62,531 bases of DNA, filler included, from 14 parts of 14 records of this genome joined end to end with filler, not necessarily neighbours in it, one strand, 5' to 3'. Counted from the whole stretch's first letter, positions 46,769 through 58,451 are shown. Notes: generated from the sequence alone by a model not told the origin. Program-made: numbers and translations.

Positions 46769-47205
46769 TTACACCGCAGTCTTCAACATGAGTTGGCCAT
46801 GCCAAGTGATGCACGGCAGCTAGCCCCGGCGGCTTGTATGGCCGCAGACTGCTCCGGAGAGATCTCTAGATACCGGAAATCAGCTCAATAGTTATCCCTT
46901 CGAGCTAATCTGGCCTAGTCCTTCAAGCCAGCAGAGATTATTTGATCCTCTGTACATGTACACCTCGTATAATTATTGATTTCCACACTTCTAGTTTGTG
47001 GCACTGGAGGCTAGGGCATCGCATTTATATGGTATCTAATGAATCTACGTGACTCAGGGTAGACTCAGGGAGTCCCCGGTTAGTCCTCGGAGGACATTTC
47101 ATGATTGTACGTATACGTACCGTAGTTGAAGATTAAATTGCTAAAGCTATAGATGTGCTCGGGGCAAATGATCCGCGCCGGGCCATTCACATTGCCGCCT
47201 TGGGC

Positions 47206-48993
47206 TCAAAAGTTGAGCCCATTCATCGCCGTGCTCACAGTGTTGTACACGCCATCCCAGAGAGCGAACGCCTCGTCGATCTGCCGCGGGTCAGCCGCCG
47301 CTCGCAGCCCGGGCACACCTTCTTTTGCAGGAGCGGCTGCAGGTTGTGCACTGCATACACCGCCTGCCCTCCCCGTCGGCGCCAGCCCAGCCCCGACCGC
47401 ACCGGCAGCGTGTTGGCCTTCCCGCGCACCTGCTCGGTCTCCCGCCTGGCAGTCTGCAGCCCAGCTCAGCTTGGAGACCGTGGCGGGTTTGCCTGGATTG
47501 CACTCCGGATGGACTCTGTTGACTCCTTCCACGCGGCCACCTTGATCGTCATCTCCGCCAGCCGGTCGGCAAGCTCCTTAATCTAGCCCACAGGCTCGCC
47601 CCCAGCAGCCGGCGGCGCTCACCCTCAGCTCGGCAGCGCTGCCTGCGACGCTCATCTCCTCTACTTTGCTGTTGAGTTCGGCCACCAGAGTGGACAGCGT
47701 ACCGTTCTCATCTCGGAGCACCGCCGCCTCGGCCTCGTACTTGTGGGTCAGCTCGCCGATCGTGTCCTGCAGCTGCCGCACTTTGTCGTCGTGCTGTCCA
47801 AGCCTAAGCCCGCCCGGCTGACCAGCCGACCTTCCTCTCGGCCGCCTCAGTCGCCGCTTGATGCTCGCTCTTGAGCTCCACTATCGTCTGCTCGAGCGCC
47901 GCCACCTGCTGCTCGGTCTTCTTGATCTTCCGATCAGCCTGGTCTATCTCCTCGTAAAGCCGCTGACTCTTCTCGGTGAGCTTGGTGACCTCTGCCCGAT
48001 GCTCCCTGTCGATCTGATCGAGCTCCTTGCTGTGCTCGGATCGGATCAGCTCGATGCACCCGTTGGCCTCGTCCACCGCCTGCTGCATGCTCGTCTTCAT
48101 CTCGTCGAATTGCGCCTCCGCCTCTGCCAGCTGCCCCGCCGTCAGCACCCACTCGGCAGCCTGCCCGCACCGCAGTCGCCTGCCCCAGCTTCAGTGCGCT
48201 CATCTGCTCCTCAAACTCCTCCTTCACCCGCGCGGCCTCCGCCCGGGCCTCCGCCAGCTCCGCCTTCAGGCCCTCTACCTGCCGCCCTGCTCGCTCGGCC
48301 CGACCCCGCCCACACCTCCTTGTTGAGCCGCGCAGCCTCTGCAGCCGCCTCGCTCCTGACCTCGGCCAGCTCGGCCTGCAGCCCCTCCAGCTCCGCATCC
48401 TTGCCCTCCACTGCCGCCGCGCCCGCCGCCACAGCCTCGGCCAGCTCGACCTTCAGCCCGGCGATCTCCTTGTCTCGAGCCTCGATGGTCGCCTCCTTCG
48501 CCGCCAGCCGCGCCTCCAGCTCAGCCTGCCCGTCGGCTCGACCGGGGCGCCGGCCGGACGGGCACCTTGTTGGCGGCCCACTCGGCGCGCTCGGCTGCGA
48601 TCTGGGCCGTCTGCTCCTGCTGGGCCACGGCCGCCGCCTCGGCTTGCTCGAGGGCGGCCTTCTTCACGGCCTTGGTGTCCTCCTCGGCCCCCATCAACTG
48701 CTGCTTGGTCGAATCGCGCTGCTGCCGGAGCACGCGCCCGTCCATCAGGCTCTCGTACAGCTCGCCGCGCAGCGAGGTCTCCAGGTGCCACCCAAACTCT
48801 GCCCCGCCCTCGCACCAGCCGCCCCCAGTCACCCACCGCCGTTCCCAGGGCGCAGGTCCGAAGCGTGCGACAGCTCGTGCTGCAGAGCCGTCAGCGCACC
48901 GCTGGGGGGGCGGGACACCTTGTTCTCGAAGCTCTGGCGCACCATCCCGGAGCCCGGGCGCGCCGAGTTGAGCACCGCGCTGCTGTACGGCAT
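47206..48993 (-). CDS. Multi-exon coiled-coil protein
   Basis: ATG at 48993; Glu/Ala/Lys heptad exons joined by introns of about 40 nt; stop at 47206. Confidence 0.65.
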
Positions 48994-49683
48994 CTCCTAC
49001 TGCTCTCAACGGTATTTTCGGTAGTTTTTCATTTTTCAGAGGCGTAGGAGGCGGTTCATGTTAGCCGGCGCCGCTCGGTTTCCGGCGGCCGAACTCCTCG
49101 CGAGCCTAGCTTGTATTAGTAGCGGTTTAATAAACCAACCCACTAATCAAGCNNNNNNNNNNNNNNNNNNNNNNNNNNNNNNNNNNNNNNNNNNNNTTAA
49201 TTAATTAANNNNNNNNNNNNNNNNNNNNNNNNNNNNNNNNNNNNNNNNNNNNCGGGGGCGACTTGAGTTGGGCTCCTTCGGGAGTAGCATGTGAAGTGGG
49301 AAGGCTAGTGGTGCCAGACTCGAATGATGTTGTTCCTGAAAGCAGTTCACCTGTACACAGCGGTGCTCCAGCCAGTCAGCCTGAGCAGAGTGAAACGGAA
49401 GCTGCGAGGCACTATTGCACGTCCACAGAAGTTGTAGTACGGAGCACTCTTTTCTCTCACAATGGTTTAATACCCACCCACCCGCACCTATGGGTCAGGG
49501 CCTTAATAGGCATGTCCTGGCCAGCGGAGTGGACCGGACCAAATTCAAAGAAACAAATTTCAACTTTATTAATTATTATTTATTGTGAGGTACCGAGAGT
49601 TTAGAGTTGCCGTTACTGAGGGGCTCGCAACCGAACTGCACCCACCCATTGCCGTTACTGGCCGGCCGTGTCATCGCTGAGAT

Positions 49684-50808
49684 ATGGACACCGACAGAAT
49701 GGACTTGGCGCTGGTGGGCTGCGGTGTGATCTTTAGGCACCACCTGGATGCGATCGCGGCGAGCCCCTCTCCGCGCCGGATCCGGGTCACCGCGCTGGTC
49801 GAGCCTGATGCCTCCCGCCGGGCCAGCGCGGTGGCAGCGGTGCACCAGAAACTCGGGGAGCGCCCCCAGCCGTTTGCGTCGCTCGCCGAAGCGCTGGCGG
49901 CCGATCCCGGGCTGTTCTGTGCGGTGGACATTATGGTGCCCTCGCTGGGGACGTTGCACGAGCAACTGACAGTCGAGGCCCTCCGAGGAGGAAAGCACGT
50001 GCTGCTCGAGAAGCCAATCGCGCTCAGCATCGGCAGCGCCGAGCGCATCCTAGCCGAAGCGGCCCGCTGGCCGGATCTGCGGCTGCTGGTGGCCGAGAAC
50101 TCGCAGTACTGGCACGAGGTGGTGGCGGTCCAGACTCTGATCGCGCAGGGGGCCATTGGGGATGTCCTGTGCGCACGGGCTAAGTTCTGGGAGAGCGGCC
50201 ATCCTCTGCTGAACGAGTGGGCGGCCGACGGGAGCTACGACCCGGGCAGCTTCACGTGCGAAGGGCCCGAGGGGTTCGTGTTCGACGGCGGGCTGCACTG
50301 GCTCAGGCCGCTCATGATGTGGCTCGGGCCTGTTGAGCGGGTGTCGGCCTTGGCTGGGAAGACCATCGCGCACATGAAGGGCCCCGGGCTGACCCAGGCG
50401 CTGCTCCAGTTCGAGTCCGGGGTGTCCGCCGTGTTTGAGGCTGTGCTGGCCCCTGGGGCCATCAGCAACCAGCCTTTCTTTGTGGTGCAGGGCAGCAAGG
50501 GCGAGATAGTGGTTGACGGGTTTGAGGGCGGCGCCCGGCTGTACACCCTGGGCCAGTCAGGGCTGGAGGAGGCCGACCTGAACAGCGGGTGCGAGCAGTT
50601 CGGCTGGGACACCGGGTACCGGGGCGAGTTGGACGACTTTGCGAGTGTGGTGCTGGACGGGGGCCAGCCCAAGGCCGGGCCGGAGGCCGCGTTGCGAGAC
50701 TTGAGCGTGATGCTGGCCATAATGCTCGCCGCCAAGTCGAAGGAGTGGCAGGCCGTCGCGGACGTGCCCAAGGATCTGGAGATGCAGACTCTCGGTCTCA
50801 CGCTCTAG
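49684..50808 (+). CDS. Gfo/Idh/MocA-family NAD(P)-dependent oxidoreductase; intronless
   Basis: LALVGCGVI, GKHVLLEKPIA, VAEN, GAIGDV, DGGLH, GSKG. Confidence 0.9.
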   Translation: MDTDRMDLALVGCGVIFRHHLDAIAASPSPRRIRVTALVEPDASRRASAVAAVHQKLGERPQPFASLAEALAADPGLFCAVDIMVPSLGTLHEQLTVEALRGGKHVLLEKPIALSIGSAERILAEAARWPDLRLLVAENSQYWHEVVAVQTLIAQGAIGDVLCARAKFWESGHPLLNEWAADGSYDPGSFTCEGPEGFVFDGGLHWLRPLMMWLGPVERVSALAGKTIAHMKGPGLTQALLQFESGVSAVFEAVLAPGAISNQPFFVVQGSKGEIVVDGFEGGARLYTLGQSGLEEADLNSGCEQFGWDTGYRGELDDFASVVLDGGQPKAGPEAALRDLSVMLAIMLAAKSKEWQAVADVPKDLEMQTLGLTL

Positions 50809-51040
50809 TACATGTCTAGTTTAGGTGTCATCTACCGTGGCTCTAGGTGCACAGCGACATGTAATTGATACTCATGAATGCACAATGCTGTCATGATCTT
50901 GAGCGACCAGCGTGCACTAGTACAATAATGTTACGAGCATGTGCGAGCACAGGTATACGATAACGATGCGTCGATGCTGCGGTGCGAGCTTCGGAGTGCC
51001 GTTAAACTGGCCGCACCGAGCACCGAGCGGCGGTCGGACG

Positions 51041-52370
51041 ATGGAGCAGCAATGGCCGGCGTCGTCGTACCGGCTGAGTTCGATCGAGGCGGGGCTGGGC
51101 TGGCTGGAGCGGACCGCCCGGCCTCTGGCCTCGGTCGAGTGCGTGGGGACCGGGCTCAAGGGCGACGACAAGTGGCTCGGGGGCGAGCTCGGGCCGGACG
51201 GGGCTGTGTACGGGATCCCTGGCACCGCCAAGACCGTGCTCCGGTGCCCGACCGACGGCCCGCCCAGCCAGCTAAGGTTCGACCACTCCCGCCCGATCAG
51301 CTCGCTCAAGCGCGGCGCGTTCAAGTGGCTGCGCGGCATCCTGGCCGCCGACCGGTGCGTGTATGGCATCCCGAGCAACGCAGACTTCGTGCTTCAAATC
51401 CGGCCGGACGAGCAGGCCGTGGCGCTGCTGGGCGAGCGGATGCCCGGCAGCTGGAAGTGGCACGGCGGTGTGCTGGCCGCCAACGGAGCGATCTACGGGA
51501 TTCCTGCCAACGCGCGGCGGGTGCTCAAGCTGGACCCTGCGAGCGGCTCGATCGAGATGGTGGGGCCGGAGTGGCCCGGGAGCAACAAGTGGTACGGCGG
51601 GCTGCTCGGGCGGGATGGCAAGATCTACGGGATTCCGTACAACGCCGACGCCGTGCTGGTGATAGATCCAGCAGACGACAGTGTGAGCACCATCGGCCAG
51701 CTAGCCGCCGGTGGGTTCAAGTGGCACGGCGGGGCGATCTCCAGCGACGGTATCATCGTCGGGATCCCGTCACACGCCGACGCCGTGCTCAAGGTCGTGC
51801 CAGAGACGGGAGAAGTTAGCCTGATCGGTGAGGGTGCGATCCCCGGCTCTTCCAACCCCCGGCGGCCGCACACTAAGTATAAGTACGGGGGGGGCGCGGC
51901 CACGGAGGACGGGCTGGTGTACGCCTTCCCCAGCGACAGTGATCGGGTGCTCAAGGTGGCGCCGGCGGCCAACAAGGTGCACTGTGCCAGCCGCCCGGGC
52001 TGAGATGGAGGGGTGCAGGTGTCGCCGATCGGGCCTGTGTTCGACTCGCACAGCAACAAGTGGCAGAACGGGTTCCGTTGCCGGGACGGAGCCATCTACG
52101 CCATCCCGGTCCGCACACGGCCGGAGGCTGCGGCTGAGTGTGAGGCGCAGTGTGATGCGGAGCGCGTGCTGAGGATTGATCCGGCAACCGACCAGGTACC
52201 GGCACCCGGCGGGCGGGGCGGAGCGAGGGCAGGTGAGCCTGGTGGGGCCGCGGTTCGAGGGCCGGGAGAAGTGGGAGGGCGGGGTGCTCGCTGGGGACGG
52301 GGTAGTGTACTGCATGCCGCAGCAGGCGCAGACGCTGCTCAAGATCATACCAGGCCCCAGCCGCGAGTAG
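51041..52370 (+). CDS. Beta-propeller-type repeat protein (KWxGGxxxxDGxIYGIP repeats); three introns
   Basis: Eight repeats of about 45 aa, KW.GG.L..DG.IYGIP..A..VL.IDP. Confidence 0.85.
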
Positions 52371-52554
52371 CGCCTAGTCATCATACGGGGCTGGTGCCGC
52401 CAAATAGCTGACTGCAATCATGATTGCTTTAAACAATCTATAAACAATCGGTGACGAGTCTTCATATAATTATATTAAGCTCCGAGGGGCTACCGAGGGG
52501 TCGCCTCATAGCCAGAACACAAGATTCATTTCAATTCATTCCACACACCACACA

Positions 52555-53186
52555 CTAGGCCGGTCTGCCACCCGCGCCCTCCTCCTGCGCCCTCCGCCGG
52601 CGCCAGCTCGCCTGCTCGGCCGCCGCCTCCTCCTCCAATGCTTGCACCCGGCGCACCGCCGCCCCGTACCGCGCGGTGACCCGTCGCACCGCTGCCGCCG
52701 CCAGCTCGGCCGTCGGGTCTACCAACGGACTGGCCGCCTGCCCCGCCTCAGCCCTGCGCGGAGCGGCGGCCACACCCGGGCGGTCACGGGTGGCGGCAGG
52801 GCCGGCCGGGGCCGCACAGCGGGCGGTGGCGGGCGGCGGGGCGGGACGGGCGGCCTGGCGGTGGGAGGGGGCGGCGGAGTGGGCGGCTTGCACGGCCGGA
52901 GCCTGGCGTTGTAGATCCAATGGCCCTCCGGCCCCACCACTCCGCTGCTCATTCAGTGTCGCAAGGAAGCCTTCCAAACATCCGTTGTACAGGACCGTTG
53001 GAGTTGTTAATCTCCGCGATCGCACACTGCCCCGCCGTCACTCGCTCGGGCAGGCGACATCTGTCGCTCTGGCAGGGGACACCGCAGATGTCAACATACA
53101 TGTTCTGTGCCTGGACGGCATGGTCCGCGGGGACGAGGAGGGGGCGGTCCCAGGACCGGCCGCGGAGGCGCCGGCAGAGGGGCTCG
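52555..53186 (-). CDS. 3' part of a hypothetical protein
   Basis: ORF 52555-53025 with a Pro/Ala-rich linker and short coiled coil; AT-rich DNA downstream. Confidence 0.35.
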
Positions 53187-53286
53187 NNNNNNNNNNNNNN
53201 NNNNNNNNNNNNNNNNNNNNNNNNNNNNNNTTAATTAATTAANNNNNNNNNNNNNNNNNNNNNNNNNNNNNNNNNNNNNNNNNNNN

Positions 53287-56200
53287 CCTGCTCCACCCAA
53301 CTTTCATCAGCCTCCGAGTCCCCAACATACAAGCACGCGATAGCGAAGCGCCTCCGACCATAGCATGTTGCCATGAACTCAGAATAGTCACTCAGGGTGA
53401 GACTGATCGCCGCATTTCCAGCAGTTGCTTCTGGGAATCCGTGCTCAAGCGTCCGTTTGAGGTAGTTTGCCGACTTTACAGGCACCAACACGACAGCTGG
53501 AGCCAGACCCGCATCTTGGGTGGCCGCTTGCGATAAGCGATGGCCCAGAAAGCCATCTAACATACTCCGGCTGTGAGCCACCTCCATGATGCAGTGCTGG
53601 CCGTTCATCGCGCCCTTGGTGCGGGCACCGCTTAACTTTACAACTGTGTTGCTCTTGAGCGCAAAGGGATCGCCGCTGGCGCAGCCATTGCACACGTCGT
53701 GCTCCAGACGTGCATTCAAACAGTGAAGAAGCTCGGAAATGATGGTCTCTCTGGCTGATGCGTTCTCTAGCATCAAGCAGTCCGGTGGTAGCGTGGAGCT
53801 CTGAAGACAGTGCGCCATTGTTACACTAAAGTTCTGACAGCAATTATCGCAACAGCGTCTTGATTCGTTCAAATGATCCCAAAAGCTCTGCTGATTAGCA
53901 CATGTAGTCACTACTGGACATTGGCAGACAGGGTGCGAGAAGGTACACGGCGTATCGCACGGAGTGCAAAACCGCATAAAATCATCCTTGTCGGCACATG
54001 CTATCTGGCCTAAATGCCCGCAAGGCCTCACAGCTTCTACCAGCTTTGTACACCTGAATGTATCCGCGTTCTGTCCGCATCTGAGCTTCTCAACGTGGCC
54101 ACATTTGAGATTGACATCAAATGAGTGCGTGCACTTGAAGTTGGACGGGTTCTCTGCTGAGCACGGTGCCTTGATCATATGTCCACAAGCTAGCACGACC
54201 TCGGTGGTCTGCGTACACTGGGCCCTCCCTGCTGTGAGGTCACTGCACTTGACTTTGGCAGCGTGCCCGCAGCACGGCGGGCAGAATTCGACCATGGCTG
54301 TGCACACAGGGGTTTCTCCTTCTTTCAGTTTCGAGCAGTCATTATATGACACATGCCCACATGGCAGCTCAGCTTTGACCGCAGAGGAACAAGGCGGTGC
54401 CGTTTGATCTGGGCTGTTGACTTCGCAACATACACCAAACCACAAATGCCCCCTCGTGCAAGTTGGATGGGGCACACTGGTCCGAGCTTGGCAAACAGAG
54501 GGCGGGCTGCTAGATTGATGGCAAGCTACTTTGATCATCTGAGATGGGGTAGGATGTCCAAATAGGCACGGTGGTGCGGGCACGGTCACTGGTGTGGTAC
54601 ATAGAGGAGCCTCGTTGCTACACTTGATCTGTACAAAATGGCCACAATTTGGATACTGCAGTGTGAAGTCCTGGGTACAGGGTGGACAGGCTTCGCCTGA
54701 ATGGCACTTGGCTTGGCAAATATGCTTTTTTCGAGCACACCATCGACCGCAAGTGGCTGTACAAGGCCGCAGCGGAAGCACAGTCGATATCTCGAGAGCA
54801 GCCTCTTGCACAGTCGGCTGATGGTTCTTGATGATCGCTTTCTTGAACTGCTCACATGCGAGCTGACAAGAAACTGGCGTGGGGTGGCCGCAGCCTGGTC
54901 GAGCTACATAAACACGCGAGACGCAAGGCAGAAGTGGGACCTGCTCCACAACCAGGTCTGTTTGCGTGAGATCAACGTTCTTGAATGCGCCATCTTTTAC
55001 CCCCAAGCTGCGCACTGCCCGGCATTCCACAATTGCACGATGCGAGCATTGTGACCTTTTGACGGAGACCGGTGTGCAGCACTCGGGAAGCGGGACAGAT
55101 TCTAAGGCCGGCGTATCCTGTGGCACTTGGTCGTCAACGTCTGCATACCTCAGTGATTTTGCCACGTGACACTCGACGATCGTCTGATGGCCGCATCCCG
55201 CTCGAAGTATGCTGACATGATGCTTGCACTGCGCGCTGGCCACCTCAGTCCCGCATCGTACCTTCACAATATGAGAGCAGTATGGATGAATTCGATCGAC
55301 AATCTCCACGCATTCGGCTTCATCGGGGTTGACATGGCAGGGATATAGACCCGAGTGCCCACACGGCAGCCGCTTCTCAACCATTTCCATGCACAGTCCA
55401 TGGTCGTGGCAGCTAGCCTGGCATCCCTGGTGCAGTTTGCAAGTAACACGGCAGGGCTCGCCGCAGTGGAACTCGAGCCTTTGATTGATAGAGTAGTCCC
55501 GACCACCCTTACCGCCCTTACCCTTGCCGTTTCGTCCATTCCTACCCTGTGCCTTGAACAGATCCGTAGCGTACGATTTCAGCGAGCAGTGGATCCGGCT
55601 GTTTTCTGGATGGCGCGGGCAGACCAGTGTCCCAAGGGACGCTGGAGCATGACTGGCCATTGCCATGCAAGCCTCAGTCTCACGATGGGACGTGCTGACA
55701 ATCTCCATCCGTCGGATGACCTTCTGCCAATCCGGGAGCTGCCACAGGAGTGCAGGATTGCCAAATATTGCAAACGCGCACCGAGCCTGCATCCCAAGCA
55801 GAGCGTGAGCCAGGCCAAAGCGGCCGGTCAGCGGAGGCACCCGGGAAACTGCCACACACAGTCGGTTCTGCGTGCGAAGAAATCGAGTCAGCTGCTTTCC
55901 TCGGGTGAGCGAGAGCAAGATCAAGTCATTTTCTTCGCCTGTGGTCACAACACTTGACTCAGCTCAATAGCCCACGAGAGGGGGTTGCCTTGGAACATAT
56001 CCACGGTTTGGCAATCCAGCAATTTGTTGTCTTTGTCTCTCAGATTCATCGCCCTAATCATGGCTCGAAGAATGTGCAGCTGACCTAAATGACAGCATCT
56101 CATCAAAGTGCTGAGCGATTATATCAGCTCACCTTTGTATGGTGTAATAATTGTGATCTTGGCTGGGTCGAGTCCAACCTGCTTAACTTGAAAGTGTGCA

Positions 56201-58184
56201 AATGCACACACGAGCTTGGCCTCCTCCTCGTTTCTAGGTGATAGCCCATCGACGTCCTCGTGGGATACGTGGGCAAAGAATATTTGCCTTGCAGCCATCT
56301 TACCCGACTGCATAACATCGGCACAGCTGCTGTCGCCTACAGCTTTCGCGTCTGGGCTAGCCAGCATTAAGCCCGGCATGCCATCGTATCGGCATCCGCC
56401 CAGTGAGACGAGCTCTCGTGACCCAGGAGCCGAGTCCACAATCTGAATACCTTCGCCCTCGTAGACCCATGAATGCAACCCGGTCAGCTGTGGGTGCATC
56501 CGTCTCTGGTGTGTTAATGTGTGCACGGCTATTCCGTTCGATGCCAATCTCTCAAACAACGAGAGGCCAAAGTGCTTTTCTAGCTCAAGCGCCTCACAAT
56601 TGGTCGTTGGTTGGAGCTGCTTGTGGTCGCCTATCAGCACAATCTGCGGCGACCGTGGATTATTCTCGTCAGAGGATCCGATGAGCAGCCCTCCTAGCAT
56701 GTTGGCCTCGAGCACTTCGGCCGCTTCCTCGACTATCACCAGGTCCGGATTCAGCTTTGACACGATGTCTCGATCCATCGCTGAGCGCTGCAGCCACCTG
56801 GTCAGCTAACCGCACACCAGGCAGGCACCGTTATCGTCAGCGCAGTTATCGTGAAGTTTGAAGCCACCCACGCAATCCGTTCAGCGGCAGCAGCTCTGAG
56901 CTCAGCCTCGGCTCGCTCACACTGGCTTATTAGCTCTTGCAGTTGCAGCACACGCGCTGTTTTCCAGTCCCGAGTAGCAGCCGACGCGAATTTGATCCTC
57001 TGTTCGTACGAAAGTTCCCATAGGCTGGCCGTACTAAGCAGCTGCTCAAGTGCAGCTAAAGAGCTCTGGCCATCCTGAGCCCCCCACAGCGTGATTGATT
57101 GCAGACGGTTCAACCGTTGCAGGAACATGGAAGCAAGTTCGCTGCGGGTCTCCTTCAGTTCGTCGCGCTCGTCGTACTCACTCGGCTCGTCGACCCTCTC
57201 CTCGCCAGCTGCTCCCTCGAGCAGGTCAGCAATTACAGCGTTGATATCGCTGGGCGTGTTTCGGTCATGAAGCTGGTTGCTGCCTCGAGCCTGCAGTGCC
57301 GGCTGGAGCCATTCCTTTTTCAGCACCTCTCGCATGTCGTGACTCCACGCCGACTTGCGCAGCCCATCCTGCTGCTCCTTGGACAACGCCTTGAGCACAG
57401 CCTCGATGCTGATGGACTCAGTCTGTGAATCCGTGCGTGCCAGCGACGAGAGCGCTTCGGCAAGCTCAGCCTGCACTTTGTTAAGCGCGAAGGCCAATCG
57501 GCCAATCGAATTCTCCCTGTAGCCCTGGAAGGCGGAATACAGCTCTCTAGCTTCGTCCTGCGTTGTGAGCCCATCAGAGCGCGCGTTTCGGCCAAGTCTG
57601 ATAGCGTCCAGCCTCCCACTTGGCAGGAAGGGCACGCAGCCACCACAGAGGTGGTCTAGTGACAGATTCTTGTGCGCCATTACCAGCACCCGCAGAGGCC
57701 GCTTGCGTGGGTTGTTGGAGCTCAGGCTGTGCCTCATGACTAGAAATTTGATAATCTGTCGGGCCAGGTGGGTCTTGCCTGTCCCAGGTGGGCCCTGAAT
57801 CAGCGTGATTGGGCTCTGCATCACAGCCCTGAATGCGGCTTCCTGTGACGGGTCAAATGCGTTTTGGGCAATGAAGGCATCAAGCTCCGCTGGCATCACC
57901 GACGCCGTCAGGTGTAATTGAGCACTCATCCTACGGGGCGGCACCTATGACACACTCAGGCTAGCCTCATTTGCAGCGACACCAATGAGACGAGAAGCTC
58001 CTCAAGCTGGCAGCGAAGCGGTGCCGCCACTGCCCTCTTGCCGCCCTTGCCTTTACCTTTCCCCTTGCCTTTCCCCTTGCCCTTGGCCTGGCTCTTTGCT
58101 GGCCCAGGCGCTGGCCCGGCCTGGCCCGTGGTCTGCTCATACAGCTTCTTCATTGTCTCGAGCATCGGCAGCACCGACATGAGA
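53287..58184 (-). CDS. ZNFX1: ZNFX1-like protein: UPF1-like SF1 helicase, tandem NF-X1-type Zn fingers, degenerate PARP-like C-terminal domain; partial at both ends
   Basis: IQGPPGTGKT, VIVEEAAEVLE, LIGDHKQLQP, LSLFERL, QRRMHP, ITPYKGQ, TVDMFQGEENDLILLS, NRLCVAVSRAR; many LPCGH..C repeats. Confidence 0.85.
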
Positions 58185-58451
58185 NNNNNNNNNNNNNNNN
58201 NNNNNNNNNNNNNNNNNNNNNNNNNNNNTTAATTAATTAANNNNNNNNNNNNNNNNNNNNNNNNNNNNNNNNNNNNNNNNNNNNGTCGCTCTTGCTGCAG
58301 CTGATCGCCATTGAGTTTGGCACACTTGCCAACCGTCTGTCGTTGAGAGCTGCACTTTCGCCCGTCTGTCCGCGCCGGAACGAACACGATTCGGCGGGGC
58401 GCCGCGGCGGGGGTCGGGGCTCATCCCTCGCTCACGGCGATCCAGGAGGAG

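Noticed and set aside
47446-47492. A sixth possible GC-AG intron (minus strand)
   Set aside because: An alternative GT donor also restores the frame, so it is ambiguous
47858-49024. Long Leu-rich + strand ORF; similar antisense ORFs at 35007-35771, 44421-45128 and 15979-16398
   Set aside because: Shadow ORFs of GC-rich genes on the other strand
58040-58090. GKGKGKGKG low-complexity tract in the ZNFX1-like protein
   Set aside because: Common low-complexity linker with no specific inference
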